DNA of 64,000 bases from Candidatus Eiseniibacteriota bacterium (GTDB taxonomy: Bacteria; Eisenbacteria; RBG-16-71-46; JABDJR01): contig CAWANH010000029.1 of assembly GCA_963783375.1 (NCBI GenBank), forward strand, positions 320,001-384,000. Reading direction: 5' to 3'. Below the pieces are notes generated by a model. It was not told the origin of the DNA, did no database searches, and worked only from the letters and a program-made list of their open reading frames with translations. Of the stretch, positions 1 to 9,897 are shown piece after piece. The position numbers and the translations under genes are program-made. Position 1 is the first letter of the stretch. Every line of letters begins with the position of its first letter.

Positions 1-2
1 AG

Positions 3-434
3 ACCCCGATGGACAGCCTTCCCCCTCTCAAGCCGGGGGACAGCGTCATCGTTCCCTCCCTGAGCCGTGAGGGCGGGGTGTCCGGGGACCAGGTCCGGGT
101 GCTGGGCGCGGTCCGCAATCCCGGGATCTATTCCCTCCGGGGCGCGGGAACCGTGGTCGAGGCGTTGAGCGCTTCCGGGGGAGCGGTCCCGGGAGCCGAC
201 CTAGGAGGGGTCCGCCTGGCCCGGCGCACCGGGGAGGGGGTGGTGGTCTACGAGCTGGATGTGAAGGGCTACCTGTATCAGGGTCATCCGTCCACGGACC
301 TGGGGCTCAAACCGGGAGACACGGTGACCGTGCCCTCGAGCGGGGGTGGGGTCGGAAGCCTCTTCCATCTTGTCCTGGGATTGGCTCCCGTGCTCTCCGC
401 GGTGGCCAGCGTCATCCTTCTGGCCCGCAGGTAG
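3..434 (+). CDS. SLBB-domain polysaccharide export protein, C-terminal part (5' truncated by window edge)
   Basis: SLBB pattern VRVLGAVRNPGIY...TVVEALSASGG, repeated LKPGDSV/LKPGDTV, C-terminal hydrophobic helix; frame is open back to the window start. Confidence 0.8.
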   Translation, partial: TPMDSLPPLKPGDSVIVPSLSREGGVSGDQVRVLGAVRNPGIYSLRGAGTVVEALSASGGAVPGADLGGVRLARRTGEGVVVYELDVKGYLYQGHPSTDLGLKPGDTVTVPSSGGGVGSLFHLVLGLAPVLSAVASVILLARR

Positions 435-441
435 CGCGACG

Positions 442-2106
442 ATGTCGAATACCATGGACCACACCGTCGATCTCAAGCACTACGCCCGCCTCCTGTGGCG
501 GCGGAAGTGGCTCCTGGTGCTCTGCACCGTGGCCACGACATGCGCGGCGGCGGTGGGGCTCACCTTCATTCCCAAGCAATACCAGTCCTCGGCCACCCTG
601 TTGATCGAGGACCGGAGGCCCCTGGCCCGCGAAGTCGAGCAGGCGATGGGGGGGGTGGGAGTGCGCAACACCGACTACCGGGCGGAGGAGGAGCGGACCG
701 CCCGCATCATCGGGTACGTGCGAAGCCGGCCCTTCCTGGAACGAGTGGTCAAGGTCCTCAAGATGAACGAGGACCCGCGGGTCCTGGCCGAAGCGCGATC
801 GCGCCAGGCCAAGAACCCGGACCTGACCGTGGACGAGGTGGCGGTGCGCATCCTGGTCTCTAGCCTGCAGTCCCGCATCCAGGTGGGGACGGGGGGACCC
901 GGTCTCTACCGGTTCACGGTGCGCGACTACAGCCCGCGGAACGCCCAGCTCCTGGCCAAGTGGATCAGCGAACTCTACATCGACATGACCACCCAGCAGG
1001 AGCTGGATCGGATCCGCGCCGCCCGTGACTTCGGAACCGAGCAGCTCCGGATCTATCAGGACCAGCTGAAGCGGTCGGAAGACGCCCTGGAGCGGTACCA
1101 GAGCGGCCTCATTCAGCAACAGCTCGCCAGCAAGCTGGTCAAGACCTCGAACCTGAGCGTGGCGGAAGGAATCCAGAAGCGTCTGGCCGACGACGCGGCC
1201 ACCGCCCGGGCCCGGGTGGGCCCCTTTTCCCGCAGCGTGCTGGACCAGGGGCTCTCCCTGGACGCCGGCGCCATCCGCCAGGATGCCGACGTCCTCTCCC
1301 TGGTGGACAAGCTCCAGAACGCCCTCCAGCGATCGGTGGAGGAGGATCTCGCCGCGGGGCCCAACGCGATCTCGGCGGGTAACGCCCGGACGTCCATGGC
1401 CAGCGCCCGCACCCAGCTGTACCAGGAAATCGAGGACAAGGCGGCGGCGCTCCACCCCGATGCTTCCCGGAACGCCGTGCGCGCCCTGGCCACCTACGTC
1501 TTCTCGGACATCGACGCCACCGTCCAGCAGAACGCGGCCGACGATCTCCGCCGTTCCATGGACGCGGTGACCCGTTCCGCCCGTTCCACCCCGGCCAGCA
1601 GCCTGGAGCTCACCCGGTTGCAGAACGAGGTGGACCGGAAGCGGCAGCTCCTCGAGTCGTTCAAATCCCAGCTCACCGCCACGGATATTTCCCAGGCGAT
1701 GGAAACCACCGATCTCGGGCTCCGGATCGATATCGTGGACCCCGCCCCGTACCCGCTGGAACCGAGCTGGCCGGACTCCAAGAAGATCCTCCTGCTCTCG
1801 CTCCTCATGGGACCGATCCTGGGGGTGGGCTTCGGGTTCCTGAGCGAGGTGCTCGATCCCACCCTGCGCACCCTCGCCGACATCCAACGGGTGGCTCCGG
1901 AGCCGGTGCTGGGCACCCTGCCGCTGATCGACGACGTGGTGCCGCGCCCCACCGGCTTCCGGCGATACTGGATCCCCGTCACCCTGATCGGGGTGGTGCT
2001 GGTCACCACCGCGTTCTTCGTGGCCCGAGCCACCGTGTTCCCCAACCTCGGGACCTCGTCCACTCCGGTGAAGACGGTGGAACCGGCGAAGGGCGCCGTC
2101 CAATGA
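442..2106 (+). CDS. Polysaccharide chain-length determinant (Wzz/GumC-type, membrane part of a split Wzc)
   Basis: N-terminal DLKHYARLLWRRKWLL + TM + PKQYQSSATLLI, long coiled coil, IVDPAPYPLEP followed by TM; ATG 442 lies 7 nt after the upstream stop. Confidence 0.88.
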   Translation: MSNTMDHTVDLKHYARLLWRRKWLLVLCTVATTCAAAVGLTFIPKQYQSSATLLIEDRRPLAREVEQAMGGVGVRNTDYRAEEERTARIIGYVRSRPFLERVVKVLKMNEDPRVLAEARSRQAKNPDLTVDEVAVRILVSSLQSRIQVGTGGPGLYRFTVRDYSPRNAQLLAKWISELYIDMTTQQELDRIRAARDFGTEQLRIYQDQLKRSEDALERYQSGLIQQQLASKLVKTSNLSVAEGIQKRLADDAATARARVGPFSRSVLDQGLSLDAGAIRQDADVLSLVDKLQNALQRSVEEDLAAGPNAISAGNARTSMASARTQLYQEIEDKAAALHPDASRNAVRALATYVFSDIDATVQQNAADDLRRSMDAVTRSARSTPASSLELTRLQNEVDRKRQLLESFKSQLTATDISQAMETTDLGLRIDIVDPAPYPLEPSWPDSKKILLLSLLMGPILGVGFGFLSEVLDPTLRTLADIQRVAPEPVLGTLPLIDDVVPRPTGFRRYWIPVTLIGVVLVTTAFFVARATVFPNLGTSSTPVKTVEPAKGAVQ

Positions 2107-2804
2107 AAGTCCTCGATGCCATGCACCAGGATTGGCCGGTGGCCACCGAGGTGCGGAAACTCCAATCCAGGGTCTGGCGCCAGATCAAGCGGGACAAGCT
2201 CAAGATCATCCTGGTGACCAGCGCGGTGGGGGGCGAAGGGAAGACCACTACCGTGGCCTATCTCGCCGCCACCGCCGCCCTTCACCCCGACCGGCGGGTG
2301 CTGGCGGTGGACTTCGATTTCCGGCGTCCCCAGCTCCACCGGCACTTCGATGTGGCGCCGAAGCTGGGGCTGGCCGACGTGCTGGCGGAGCGGGGAACGT
2401 TGGAGGAGGCGCTGACCCACACCGAGCTGCCGAGCCTCGATCTGCTCCTGGCCGGTTCCAGCGGCGGCCGACCCGGGGCGGTCCTCGACTCACCCCAGCT
2501 CGACCCCCTGATGGATACCCTGCGCGCGCGCTACGACCTCGTGCTGATGGACGCGCCGCCCCTGGGGCCGGTGGCCGACGCGGCCACCCTGGTGCCGCTC
2601 TCCGACGGCGTCCTCCTGGTGGTGATGGCGGGCAAGACCCCCAAACCGCATCTCGCTCACGCCCGTGAGCTGTGCCTGGGAATGGGCGGAAACATAATCG
2701 GCCTGGTGGTGGGAAACGCTCGCGAAGCCTCTCCCGACTACTACCACCCGAAGTACTACTATGACTACAGCAACGCCCATGACCGGGATGGGAAGACCCG
2801 TTAA
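2103..2804 (+). CDS. CpsD/CapB-family bacterial tyrosine (BY) kinase
   Basis: Walker A GGEGKTT, A' VDFDFRRP, Walker B LMDAPP, Tyr-rich tail DYYHPKYYYDY; 4-bp overlap with the upstream gene. Confidence 0.93.
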   Translation: MKVLDAMHQDWPVATEVRKLQSRVWRQIKRDKLKIILVTSAVGGEGKTTTVAYLAATAALHPDRRVLAVDFDFRRPQLHRHFDVAPKLGLADVLAERGTLEEALTHTELPSLDLLLAGSSGGRPGAVLDSPQLDPLMDTLRARYDLVLMDAPPLGPVADAATLVPLSDGVLLVVMAGKTPKPHLAHARELCLGMGGNIIGLVVGNAREASPDYYHPKYYYDYSNAHDRDGKTR

Positions 2805-3867
2805 CGGCGGGGTGGACCAGGAGCCGGTCCCGGACCGGCCTCGCCTCACCGTGGTGCTTCCCGTGCTCGACGAGGCGCGGGACCTGGGGACGCTGCTCGA
2901 TCAGCTCCACGCCCAGTCCGTTCCCCCCGGCGGATTCGAGGTGGTGGTGGCCGATGGAGGCTCCACCGATGGGACGGTGGATCTGGTGCGGGAGCGCGCG
3001 CGAAGCTGGTCCCGCCTGAGGCTGATTCCGAATCCCGGCCGCCGGAGCGGCCCCGGGCGGAACGCGGGGATCGCCGCCGCCCGTGGCGAACTGGTGCTGT
3101 TTCTGGATGGGCACTGCTCGCTTCCCCGTGACGACTACCTTGTGCGCGCGGTGGCCGTGTTCGAGGCCAGCGCGGCGGACTGTCTCTGTCGCCCCCAACC
3201 GCTCACCTCCCTGGTCGAGGGAAAATGGGCCGGGACGATCGCCCGGGCCCGTCACTCTCCGTGGGGCCACAATCCCGGCTCCGACATCTACGGCGGGCCC
3301 GCCGGCCCTACCGATCCCCGTTCCGCCGGCGCGGCCTACCGGAGAGAGGTGTTGGACCGGTTGGTCGGATTCGACGAGCGGTTCGACGCCTGCGAGGACG
3401 TGGAGTTCAACCACCGGGTGGCCGAGGCCGGGTACACGGCCTGGAGGCATCCCGACCTCGCGGTGGACTACCGCCCCCGGTCCTCTCCCGCCGCGCTCCT
3501 ACGCCAGATGTTCCGCTACGGGCGGGGGCGCGGCCGGCTCATGGTCCGGCATCCCTCCACCGCGCCCTGGCTCCTCCTGACCCCCGGCGCGATCCTGGTC
3601 GTCCTTGTCGGCTCGGGGTTCCTCTGGGGGGGGCGGTCGGCGGGGCTGGCGGCCCTGGCTCTGATTCTGGGCTGGCTCCTGGTCGCGGGGATCGAGAGCC
3701 TCCGTCTGGCCCGGGGTCCCGGGGAAGCGCTCCGGCTTCCCGTGGTGTTCCTGGCCATCCACGGGGGCCTGATCCTGGGGTTCTGGCGGGGGGTCCTCGA
3801 CGCGCCCCGCTTTCGGGGACCGGCGCCCGGCGCCGTCCGGAGGGAGGTCCATCGTGCCCGGGCGTGA
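2788..3867 (+). CDS. Glycosyltransferase family 2 (ExoA-like)
   Basis: VVLPVLDE, ADGGSTDGT, FLDGHC, GFDERFDACEDVEFNHR, QMFRYGRGR, C-terminal TMs; start uncertain (2761, 2779, 2788 or GTG 2812). Confidence 0.88.
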   Translation: MGRPVNGGVDQEPVPDRPRLTVVLPVLDEARDLGTLLDQLHAQSVPPGGFEVVVADGGSTDGTVDLVRERARSWSRLRLIPNPGRRSGPGRNAGIAAARGELVLFLDGHCSLPRDDYLVRAVAVFEASAADCLCRPQPLTSLVEGKWAGTIARARHSPWGHNPGSDIYGGPAGPTDPRSAGAAYRREVLDRLVGFDERFDACEDVEFNHRVAEAGYTAWRHPDLAVDYRPRSSPAALLRQMFRYGRGRGRLMVRHPSTAPWLLLTPGAILVVLVGSGFLWGGRSAGLAALALILGWLLVAGIESLRLARGPGEALRLPVVFLAIHGGLILGFWRGVLDAPRFRGPAPGAVRREVHRARA

Positions 3868-5341
3868 TCCCTCCGGCGTGCCTCCACCCTCCGGCCCTCC
3901 CGGTTTCGAGGAGGCGGAGGCCCGGCTCAGCGCCTTCTCCGAGCGGGCCCGGCTGGTCACGCTCATCCTGGCCATGGTGGTCTTCTCGGGGCTCCTGGGC
4001 TTTTCCATGGTCTTCGTGCGGCCCGTCCTCATCTTCGGACTCCTGGCCGGCGTGGCCGGAGTCCTGGTCATCATGGCCCGTCCCTTCTGGGGGCTTCTCC
4101 TCTACACCCTGGTATACCTCCTGCGCCCGGCGGAGATCTATCCCGCCCTGGCCGTGCTCCACCTGGAGCGCGTTCTGGGGGTGGTGGCCCTGGCGGCGAT
4201 GTTCTTCGAGATGGCCCGGAAATCCGGCCAGGTGCTCGTGGACCGGTCCCGTCAGACCGGCTGGTTCCTGGCCTTCATGGGGGCGGTGCTTCTCTCGATC
4301 CCGTTCTCCTACTGGACGGGATGGGCCACGACCCAGTTCGTGGACATGCTGAAGGTCCTCGCCTTCTATCTCATGGTCGTGCACCTCGCCGACACCCCCA
4401 AACGGATCCGGGGGTTCACCTGGACCTATCTGATCATGGTCACCTACATCGCGATCTCCTCGCTCCGCGCCTACTACTCGGGGCAGTTCGCCTTCGCCCA
4501 GGGAATCGATCGCGCGGTGGGGCAGACCTCGGCGGGAGGGGATCCCAATAACCTGGGGGCGACCCTGGCTTCGTCGGTTCCCCTGATGATCCTGCTGCTC
4601 CGGCCGGAGCGCAAATTCTGGCCCCGCGTTCTTCTCATCCTCGCCCTGGCCGCGGCGGTGTGGACCGTCGTCCTCACCGGCTCCCGCTCGAGCCTCCTGG
4701 GAGTCTTGAGCGCGTTCGTCTTCCTCATCTGGACCTCGCGCCGCCGGGTGGCCTGGGCCTTCGTGGCGCTGGCGGTGGTGGTGGTGGGATTCATCCTCCT
4801 ACCCGAGCAGTACAAGCACCGGTACGAGACCATCGCCGAGGCCACCTCGGGCGACCTGGACCCGTCGTCCCGGAGCCGGCTCCGGGTCTGGAAGGCCGGT
4901 GTCCACATGTTCGTCGACCATCCCATCGTGGGAGTGGGAGCGGGCTGCTTCGGCACGGCCCATGCCCTTTCCTATTCCCCGGAGGGGGACCGAAGCTGGC
5001 TCCAGGCCCACAGCCTCTACATCCAGGTCTTCGCCGAGCTGGGAATCGTGGGGGTGGTGACCTTCTTCGGGTTCGTCTTTCAGTACCTGAAGCTCACCCG
5101 CCGGGCCAAGGCTCTGGCCCTGGCCCGAGGACCGACCTGGGCGTTCCCGGCCGCGGTCACCCAGGCGGTGATCGGGGGGACGGTGGTGCTCCTGGTATCG
5201 GGCATCTTCGGGCACAATCTCTTCCGCAGCACCTGGTACATCTTTGCCGCCATGGGGCTCGCGGTGTATCGACTCGGCGAGGCCACCCCGGAAGCCGGGG
5301 CGGAATCCCTGCCGGCCGGGCCGGAGGGGAGGGCGCGGTGA
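3854..5341 (+). CDS. O-antigen ligase/polymerase family protein (Wzy_C), exosortase-associated type
   Basis: Polytopic; GDPNNLG, LTGSRSSLLG, SRSRLRVWKAG...DHPIVGVG, AHSLYIQVFAELGIVG. Confidence 0.9.
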   Translation: MPGRDPSGVPPPSGPPGFEEAEARLSAFSERARLVTLILAMVVFSGLLGFSMVFVRPVLIFGLLAGVAGVLVIMARPFWGLLLYTLVYLLRPAEIYPALAVLHLERVLGVVALAAMFFEMARKSGQVLVDRSRQTGWFLAFMGAVLLSIPFSYWTGWATTQFVDMLKVLAFYLMVVHLADTPKRIRGFTWTYLIMVTYIAISSLRAYYSGQFAFAQGIDRAVGQTSAGGDPNNLGATLASSVPLMILLLRPERKFWPRVLLILALAAAVWTVVLTGSRSSLLGVLSAFVFLIWTSRRRVAWAFVALAVVVVGFILLPEQYKHRYETIAEATSGDLDPSSRSRLRVWKAGVHMFVDHPIVGVGAGCFGTAHALSYSPEGDRSWLQAHSLYIQVFAELGIVGVVTFFGFVFQYLKLTRRAKALALARGPTWAFPAAVTQAVIGGTVVLLVSGIFGHNLFRSTWYIFAAMGLAVYRLGEATPEAGAESLPAGPEGRAR

Positions 5342-6474
5342 CGGCGATCGCCGTTCTCGCCGCTCTTGGTCTGGGCCTGGGAGGGGTGGGGCTCCTCTAT
5401 ACGCTGGCGCTGGCGGTGGCGGCGGCGACCGGACGCGCTCCCCGTCCCCGCGGCACGCCCTCGGCGATCGCGGTGCTCATCCCCGCCCACAACGAGGAAG
5501 CCGGGCTCGGCCCCCTCCTGGCCGATCTCTCCGCCCAGACCCGCCCCCCCCGGTTTGTCCTGGTGGTCGCCGATCGCTGCACCGACGGCACGGTCCGGGT
5601 GGCCCGGGAAGGCGGGGCCGAGGCGCTCGAGATCGAGGGGGGACCCGGAGGGAAGGCCCGGGCCCTGGCCGAGGGATTCCGGGCGATGTCCGGCCGCGAG
5701 TGGGACGCGGTGGTGGTGGTCGACGCCGACTGCCGGCTGCCCTCGGACTTCCTGGCCTCGGTTCGCGGTGGGCGGGACGAGGCGGTGCAGGCGGTCTACA
5801 CCCTTCGCGCCGGACCGGGACGCGGTCTCCTGTTCGATTACGCGGCCCGTCTGGAGAACACCGTGTTTCACGCCGGTCGCGCCCGCCTTGGGCTCCCCGC
5901 GTTTCTCCGGGGCACCGGCATGGTGCTCGGCCGCGATGCCCTGCGCGCCGTGCCGTGGTCGGGGACCGGGCTCACCGAGGACCGCGCCCAAGGGCTCGCG
6001 TTCCTGGCCGGTGGAGTGCCGGTGCGCTACGACCTGGGGGTCGAAGTGGTGAGCGATCTTCCTCCGGGACGGAGGGAAGTGTGGCAGCAGCGCCGGCGCT
6101 GGTCCTCGGCGGGCATAGGGGCCGGGGTGGCCGCGGCGGTACGGGTGGTCCCCGCCGCCCGCGCCGCGGTGGGAGCGCGGGCCCTCGAGCTTCCCCTGGC
6201 CGTCCTCGCCGACGCGCGTTCCCAGTGGCTGGTTCTGCTCGGGCTCGGCTTCGTGCTGGACGCGGTGGCCCGGGGCCGGCCCCGGGGGTCCCTGATCGTC
6301 CTCTTTGTCGGGCTCATCGTTTCCGCCGCCGCCCTGGGATTCACCTGGTACGGCCGGCGGTTCTGGCGCGCGCTGGCCGAGCTTCCCGGGAGCGCGGCGG
6401 TGTCCCTGGGCTCCGCCGGGCTGGCCCTGGTGGGACGGCGCCCCCGAAGCTGGGTGCGGGGGAGGCGGGGCTGA
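5338..6474 (+). CDS. Glycosyltransferase family 2 (CESA-like, membrane-anchored)
   Basis: LIPAHNEE, ADRCTDGT, VDADC, LTED, QRRRW (D,D,D,QxxRW); GTG overlaps the upstream stop. Confidence 0.88.
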   Translation: MTAIAVLAALGLGLGGVGLLYTLALAVAAATGRAPRPRGTPSAIAVLIPAHNEEAGLGPLLADLSAQTRPPRFVLVVADRCTDGTVRVAREGGAEALEIEGGPGGKARALAEGFRAMSGREWDAVVVVDADCRLPSDFLASVRGGRDEAVQAVYTLRAGPGRGLLFDYAARLENTVFHAGRARLGLPAFLRGTGMVLGRDALRAVPWSGTGLTEDRAQGLAFLAGGVPVRYDLGVEVVSDLPPGRREVWQQRRRWSSAGIGAGVAAAVRVVPAARAAVGARALELPLAVLADARSQWLVLLGLGFVLDAVARGRPRGSLIVLFVGLIVSAAALGFTWYGRRFWRALAELPGSAAVSLGSAGLALVGRRPRSWVRGRRG

Positions 6475-7631
6475 TGCCGGTCACCGTGGCCGAGTTCCGC
6501 TGTACCGACACCACCGGGGGCGGACCGGACAAGACCATCCTCTTCTCCGCCGCCGGCCACGACCCCGAGCGGGTGCGGATCGTGCCCTTCTTTCTGACCC
6601 ATGAGGGGGATCCCCTCCCCGGCATCACCGCTTTCTCCCGGGAGAGCGGGGTGGAGGCGATCCGGGTTCCCGATCGCTCGAAGCTCGATCTCCGGCTCCT
6701 GCCCGACATGCGGCGCCGGCTCCGGAAGCACGGCTGCGATCTCATCCATACCCACGATTTCAAGACCGACTTCTGGGGCCTCGTCCTGGCGCGCACCACC
6801 CCCGGACTCGGGCTCATGGCCACCGCCCACGGCTGGTCGAATCCCCTGGCCCCATCCCATCGGTTCTTCAACGCGCTCGACCGGCGGGTGCTCCGGGCGT
6901 TCCCCCTGGTGATCGCGGTCTCCGAGGCCACCGCGGAGAAGCTGGCCGGCATGAAGATCCGGCCGGAGCGGATCGAGGTCCTTCCCAACGGCATCGATCT
7001 CGAGGCGTGGTCCCCCCGCCCGCGCCCCGATCCCCTTCCTCCCGGGCTTCCGGCCGGAGGGCGGTTCATCGGCACGGTGGGACGGCTCTCCATCGACAAG
7101 GCGGTGGACACGTTGATCGAGGCCTTTGCCGTCCTGGCTCCGGGGCGCCCGGATCTCCACCTGGTCCTGGTGGGGGACGGTCCGGAGCGGGAGCGGCTCG
7201 AGGCCCTGGCCGCGGCGCGGGGGGTGGCGGCGCGAACTCTCTTTCTGGGCCACCGCGCCGACCTCCGGGACCTCTACGCCGCGTTCGATCTCTTCGCGCT
7301 CTCTTCCCGGACCGAAGGCATGCCCAACACCCTTCTCGAGGCTCTGGCCATGGCGCGACCGGTGGTGGCCACCCCGGTGGGGGGGGTGGGGGAGGTGGTG
7401 CGCGATCGGCGAGAGGCGATCCTGGTTCCCCCCGGACAAACCGCGCCGCTCGCCGAGGCCCTGTCGGAAGTCCTGGATAGCGAGATCCTCGCCGCCTCTC
7501 TCTCCCAGGCGGGTCGCCGCCGGGTGGAGGCGTGCTATTCGTTCGCCGCCCGGCTCGACCGACTCGAAACCCTGTACGAGCGGGTGGCGGGGATTCCGGA
7601 GCGCGGATCCGGGAGGCGGGGAAGCAAGTGA
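6474..7631 (+). CDS. Glycosyltransferase family 4
   Basis: GGGPDKTI, IHTHDFK, LPNGID, VGRLSIDK, SRTEGMPNTLLEALA; TGATG coupling. Confidence 0.92.
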   Translation: MPVTVAEFRCTDTTGGGPDKTILFSAAGHDPERVRIVPFFLTHEGDPLPGITAFSRESGVEAIRVPDRSKLDLRLLPDMRRRLRKHGCDLIHTHDFKTDFWGLVLARTTPGLGLMATAHGWSNPLAPSHRFFNALDRRVLRAFPLVIAVSEATAEKLAGMKIRPERIEVLPNGIDLEAWSPRPRPDPLPPGLPAGGRFIGTVGRLSIDKAVDTLIEAFAVLAPGRPDLHLVLVGDGPERERLEALAAARGVAARTLFLGHRADLRDLYAAFDLFALSSRTEGMPNTLLEALAMARPVVATPVGGVGEVVRDRREAILVPPGQTAPLAEALSEVLDSEILAASLSQAGRRRVEACYSFAARLDRLETLYERVAGIPERGSGRRGSK

Positions 7632-7635
7632 GGCG

Positions 7636-7651
7636 TGGCATGTATCATGCA
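7636..7651 (+). promoter_or_regulatory. Candidate sigma54 (-24/-12) promoter
   Basis: TGGCAT-GTATC-ATGCA with exact GG-N10-GC spacing, in the gap upstream of the 7700 gene. Confidence 0.7.
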
Positions 7652-7699
7652 AACCAGGGGACGGGGAGAGGGTGGATTCACAGGAGAAGGAGCGCCTAG

Positions 7700-9574
7700 A
7701 TGATGACGAGCCGGTTCGTTCCGCGCGGGCTCACCGCGGCCGCGTTGTTTCTGGGCGCCGCGATCTGCAATGTCTCCGTTGCAACCGGCGCGCTGAGGCA
7801 CACCATCGTGTACTACGCCAAGGCGCCGGACGCCGCCACCCGGCAGGTCATCGCCGATCGCTACGACATGGGGCTCACCGGCGATCCAGGGACCGACGGC
7901 GTCGCCATCAAGGCGTTGAATCCCGACTTCCAGTGGTTCACCTACAACTCGGCCACCGACAACTACGTCACCGGCAACGAAGATCAGGAACATGTGGCCC
8001 TGACCGCCTTCACCGCCGCACGCGGGTTCCCCCTCGAGGATACCTACCTCCACTACTGGGACGACACCCAGTTGAACCTCGACGGCGAGGTGATAACCAT
8101 TCCGGGGTGGGGAGGCGGAAGCGCCACCGATCCCGCCCAGGCCCGGATGCCGGTCTACTACAAGGACCTCTCCCGGCGGTTGGTGAACTTCTCGACCCCC
8201 GGCGCCCGGCAGATCCAGAAGGAGTTCATGATCCAGTTCAACCTGGAAAAACCCTTCACCGGCACGAACCTCTATCCCGACGGCTTCTTCATGGACAACT
8301 GTTCGGCGGTGCTCTTCAATCAGGGAGACCTCGTATCGGGGGGCCACGTGCGCGAGACGCCAGGACATCTCCGCGTGGACACTCCGGCGTTTCAGGACTG
8401 GTTCTGGACCCAGAACCTCGCACCGTTCCTGGCCGAGTTGAAGGACACGCTCGAAACCTCGGCCCAGTGGTTCCCGGACGGACATCGGAAGCGTCTGATG
8501 ATCAATGCGGCCAACGTGTGGGTCGACTCCTACGTGACCATGGACGTGGCCGACGTGCTCTGCCTGGAAAACCAGTACAGCCCGGTCGGGAACGCCGGCC
8601 TGGGCGAGGTGGACGAGGCCTACCGCCGGGACAAGTTGGCCGCGGACCACGGCATCGAGAGCTTCTACCTCTCCCTGGTGAGCACCGAGGCCTGGGGACA
8701 TCCCGGGGTCTTCAACTACGACCAGGCCCTCATGGGAAGCCTGGCCTGGTTCCTCACCACCCGTACCGCTCAGACCTCGCTCTTCCTGGAAGGAACGTTC
8801 GATCCCCGTCGCGCGGACTGGGACACCCTGACCTGGCGCGGGGCGGTGGATGTGGCCGACCACAACCTGGACGAGACGGTGGGGGATCCGTTCACCCTGG
8901 CCTCCGGCGTCGATCCCCTCGGCCAGGCGTTCGTGGTCAAGGCGCGCCGCTACACTACCGGCCTGTCCGTGGTGCGCCCCCGCGGGGAGTGGAACCAGGG
9001 GGTCGAGACGGCCACCGCGGTCACCGTGACCTTGCCGGAGGACAGCCAGCTGCGGCCGGTGCATTCCGACGGCACTTTGGGGGCGGTCGCGACCACGGTC
9101 ACCCTCCGGAACGGCGAGGGTGCGGTCTTCCTCGGGGACCCCGGAACGGGTGCCGGCGGTGGTGGTGGCGGTGGGGGCGGCCCCGACCAGAGCGACATCG
9201 TCACCCCGCCCACCGGACGCGGCTTCGCCGTCGTCACGACCTCTCCTTCGCCCGGAGGCGTCGCGGTGCCCCGGGGAGCCGCGGTGATCTTCACCCTGAA
9301 CGACTTGGTGGACTCCGCCTCCCTCACCCCCACGACGGTGCGGGTGGTGGGGACCCTTTCCGGCCCGGTGGCCGGAAGCTTCTGGCTGGAGCAGGGAGGG
9401 AGGAAAATCGTCTTCAATCATGCGAGCGACTTCGCGGGAGGCGAGACCGTCACCGTGACCCTGTCCGGGACCCTGCGCGACGCCCTCGGTCTCGGCATCG
9501 ACGGCAACGACGACGGGATGGTGACCGGAGGAGCCGCCGACGACTACCGCCTCACCTTCACCGTCGCGCCGTAG
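7700..9574 (+). CDS. Secreted putative glycoside hydrolase (GHL15-like) with poly-Gly linker and C-terminal Ig-like domain
   Basis: Signal peptide; PDGFFMDN, CLENQ, RRYTTGLSVVRP...VTLRNGEGAVFL; GAGGGGGGGGG linker; Ig-like tail TLRDALGLGIDGNDDG; SD AGGAG. Confidence 0.6.
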   Translation: MMTSRFVPRGLTAAALFLGAAICNVSVATGALRHTIVYYAKAPDAATRQVIADRYDMGLTGDPGTDGVAIKALNPDFQWFTYNSATDNYVTGNEDQEHVALTAFTAARGFPLEDTYLHYWDDTQLNLDGEVITIPGWGGGSATDPAQARMPVYYKDLSRRLVNFSTPGARQIQKEFMIQFNLEKPFTGTNLYPDGFFMDNCSAVLFNQGDLVSGGHVRETPGHLRVDTPAFQDWFWTQNLAPFLAELKDTLETSAQWFPDGHRKRLMINAANVWVDSYVTMDVADVLCLENQYSPVGNAGLGEVDEAYRRDKLAADHGIESFYLSLVSTEAWGHPGVFNYDQALMGSLAWFLTTRTAQTSLFLEGTFDPRRADWDTLTWRGAVDVADHNLDETVGDPFTLASGVDPLGQAFVVKARRYTTGLSVVRPRGEWNQGVETATAVTVTLPEDSQLRPVHSDGTLGAVATTVTLRNGEGAVFLGDPGTGAGGGGGGGGGPDQSDIVTPPTGRGFAVVTTSPSPGGVAVPRGAAVIFTLNDLVDSASLTPTTVRVVGTLSGPVAGSFWLEQGGRKIVFNHASDFAGGETVTVTLSGTLRDALGLGIDGNDDGMVTGGAADDYRLTFTVAP

Positions 9575-9621
9575 TCTGGGCGACGGCGGCGGTCGCCCGT
9601 CTCCCGGGCGAGATCCCGACC

Positions 9622-9678
9622 AATGAATAATAGATATAATTAAAGTGCATAATAAGATATAATAACTTCATAGTGCAT
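9622..9678. promoter_or_regulatory. AT-rich intergenic island with imperfect tandem repeat
   Basis: AATAATAGATATAATTAAAGTGCAT followed by AATAAGATATAATAACTTCATAGTGCAT in a GC-rich background. Confidence 0.55.
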
Positions 9679-9897
9679 CCACCCGGCTCCACCTGAGGCG
9701 TTTCCGGGGCGTTCTTCCGAATCCCATTCCGCGGGAAACGTCGAGGCCCCGGAACCCCCGGGTCGTGCGAATCCGGCCCCCGGAGCGTGCAGCCTGCACG
9801 TGGGTGCGGCGAATGCCCCAGCCTTCGACCCATCCGCGCCCTCCTCAAGACGTCGCACCTCAATCCGATAGAAGCCCTTCGCCTCCGCCGCCGGCTC

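Noticed and set aside
9606-9618. 13-mer GGGCGAGATCCCG shared with 52995-53007
   Set aside because: A match of this length is plausible by chance in 64 kb of high-GC DNA
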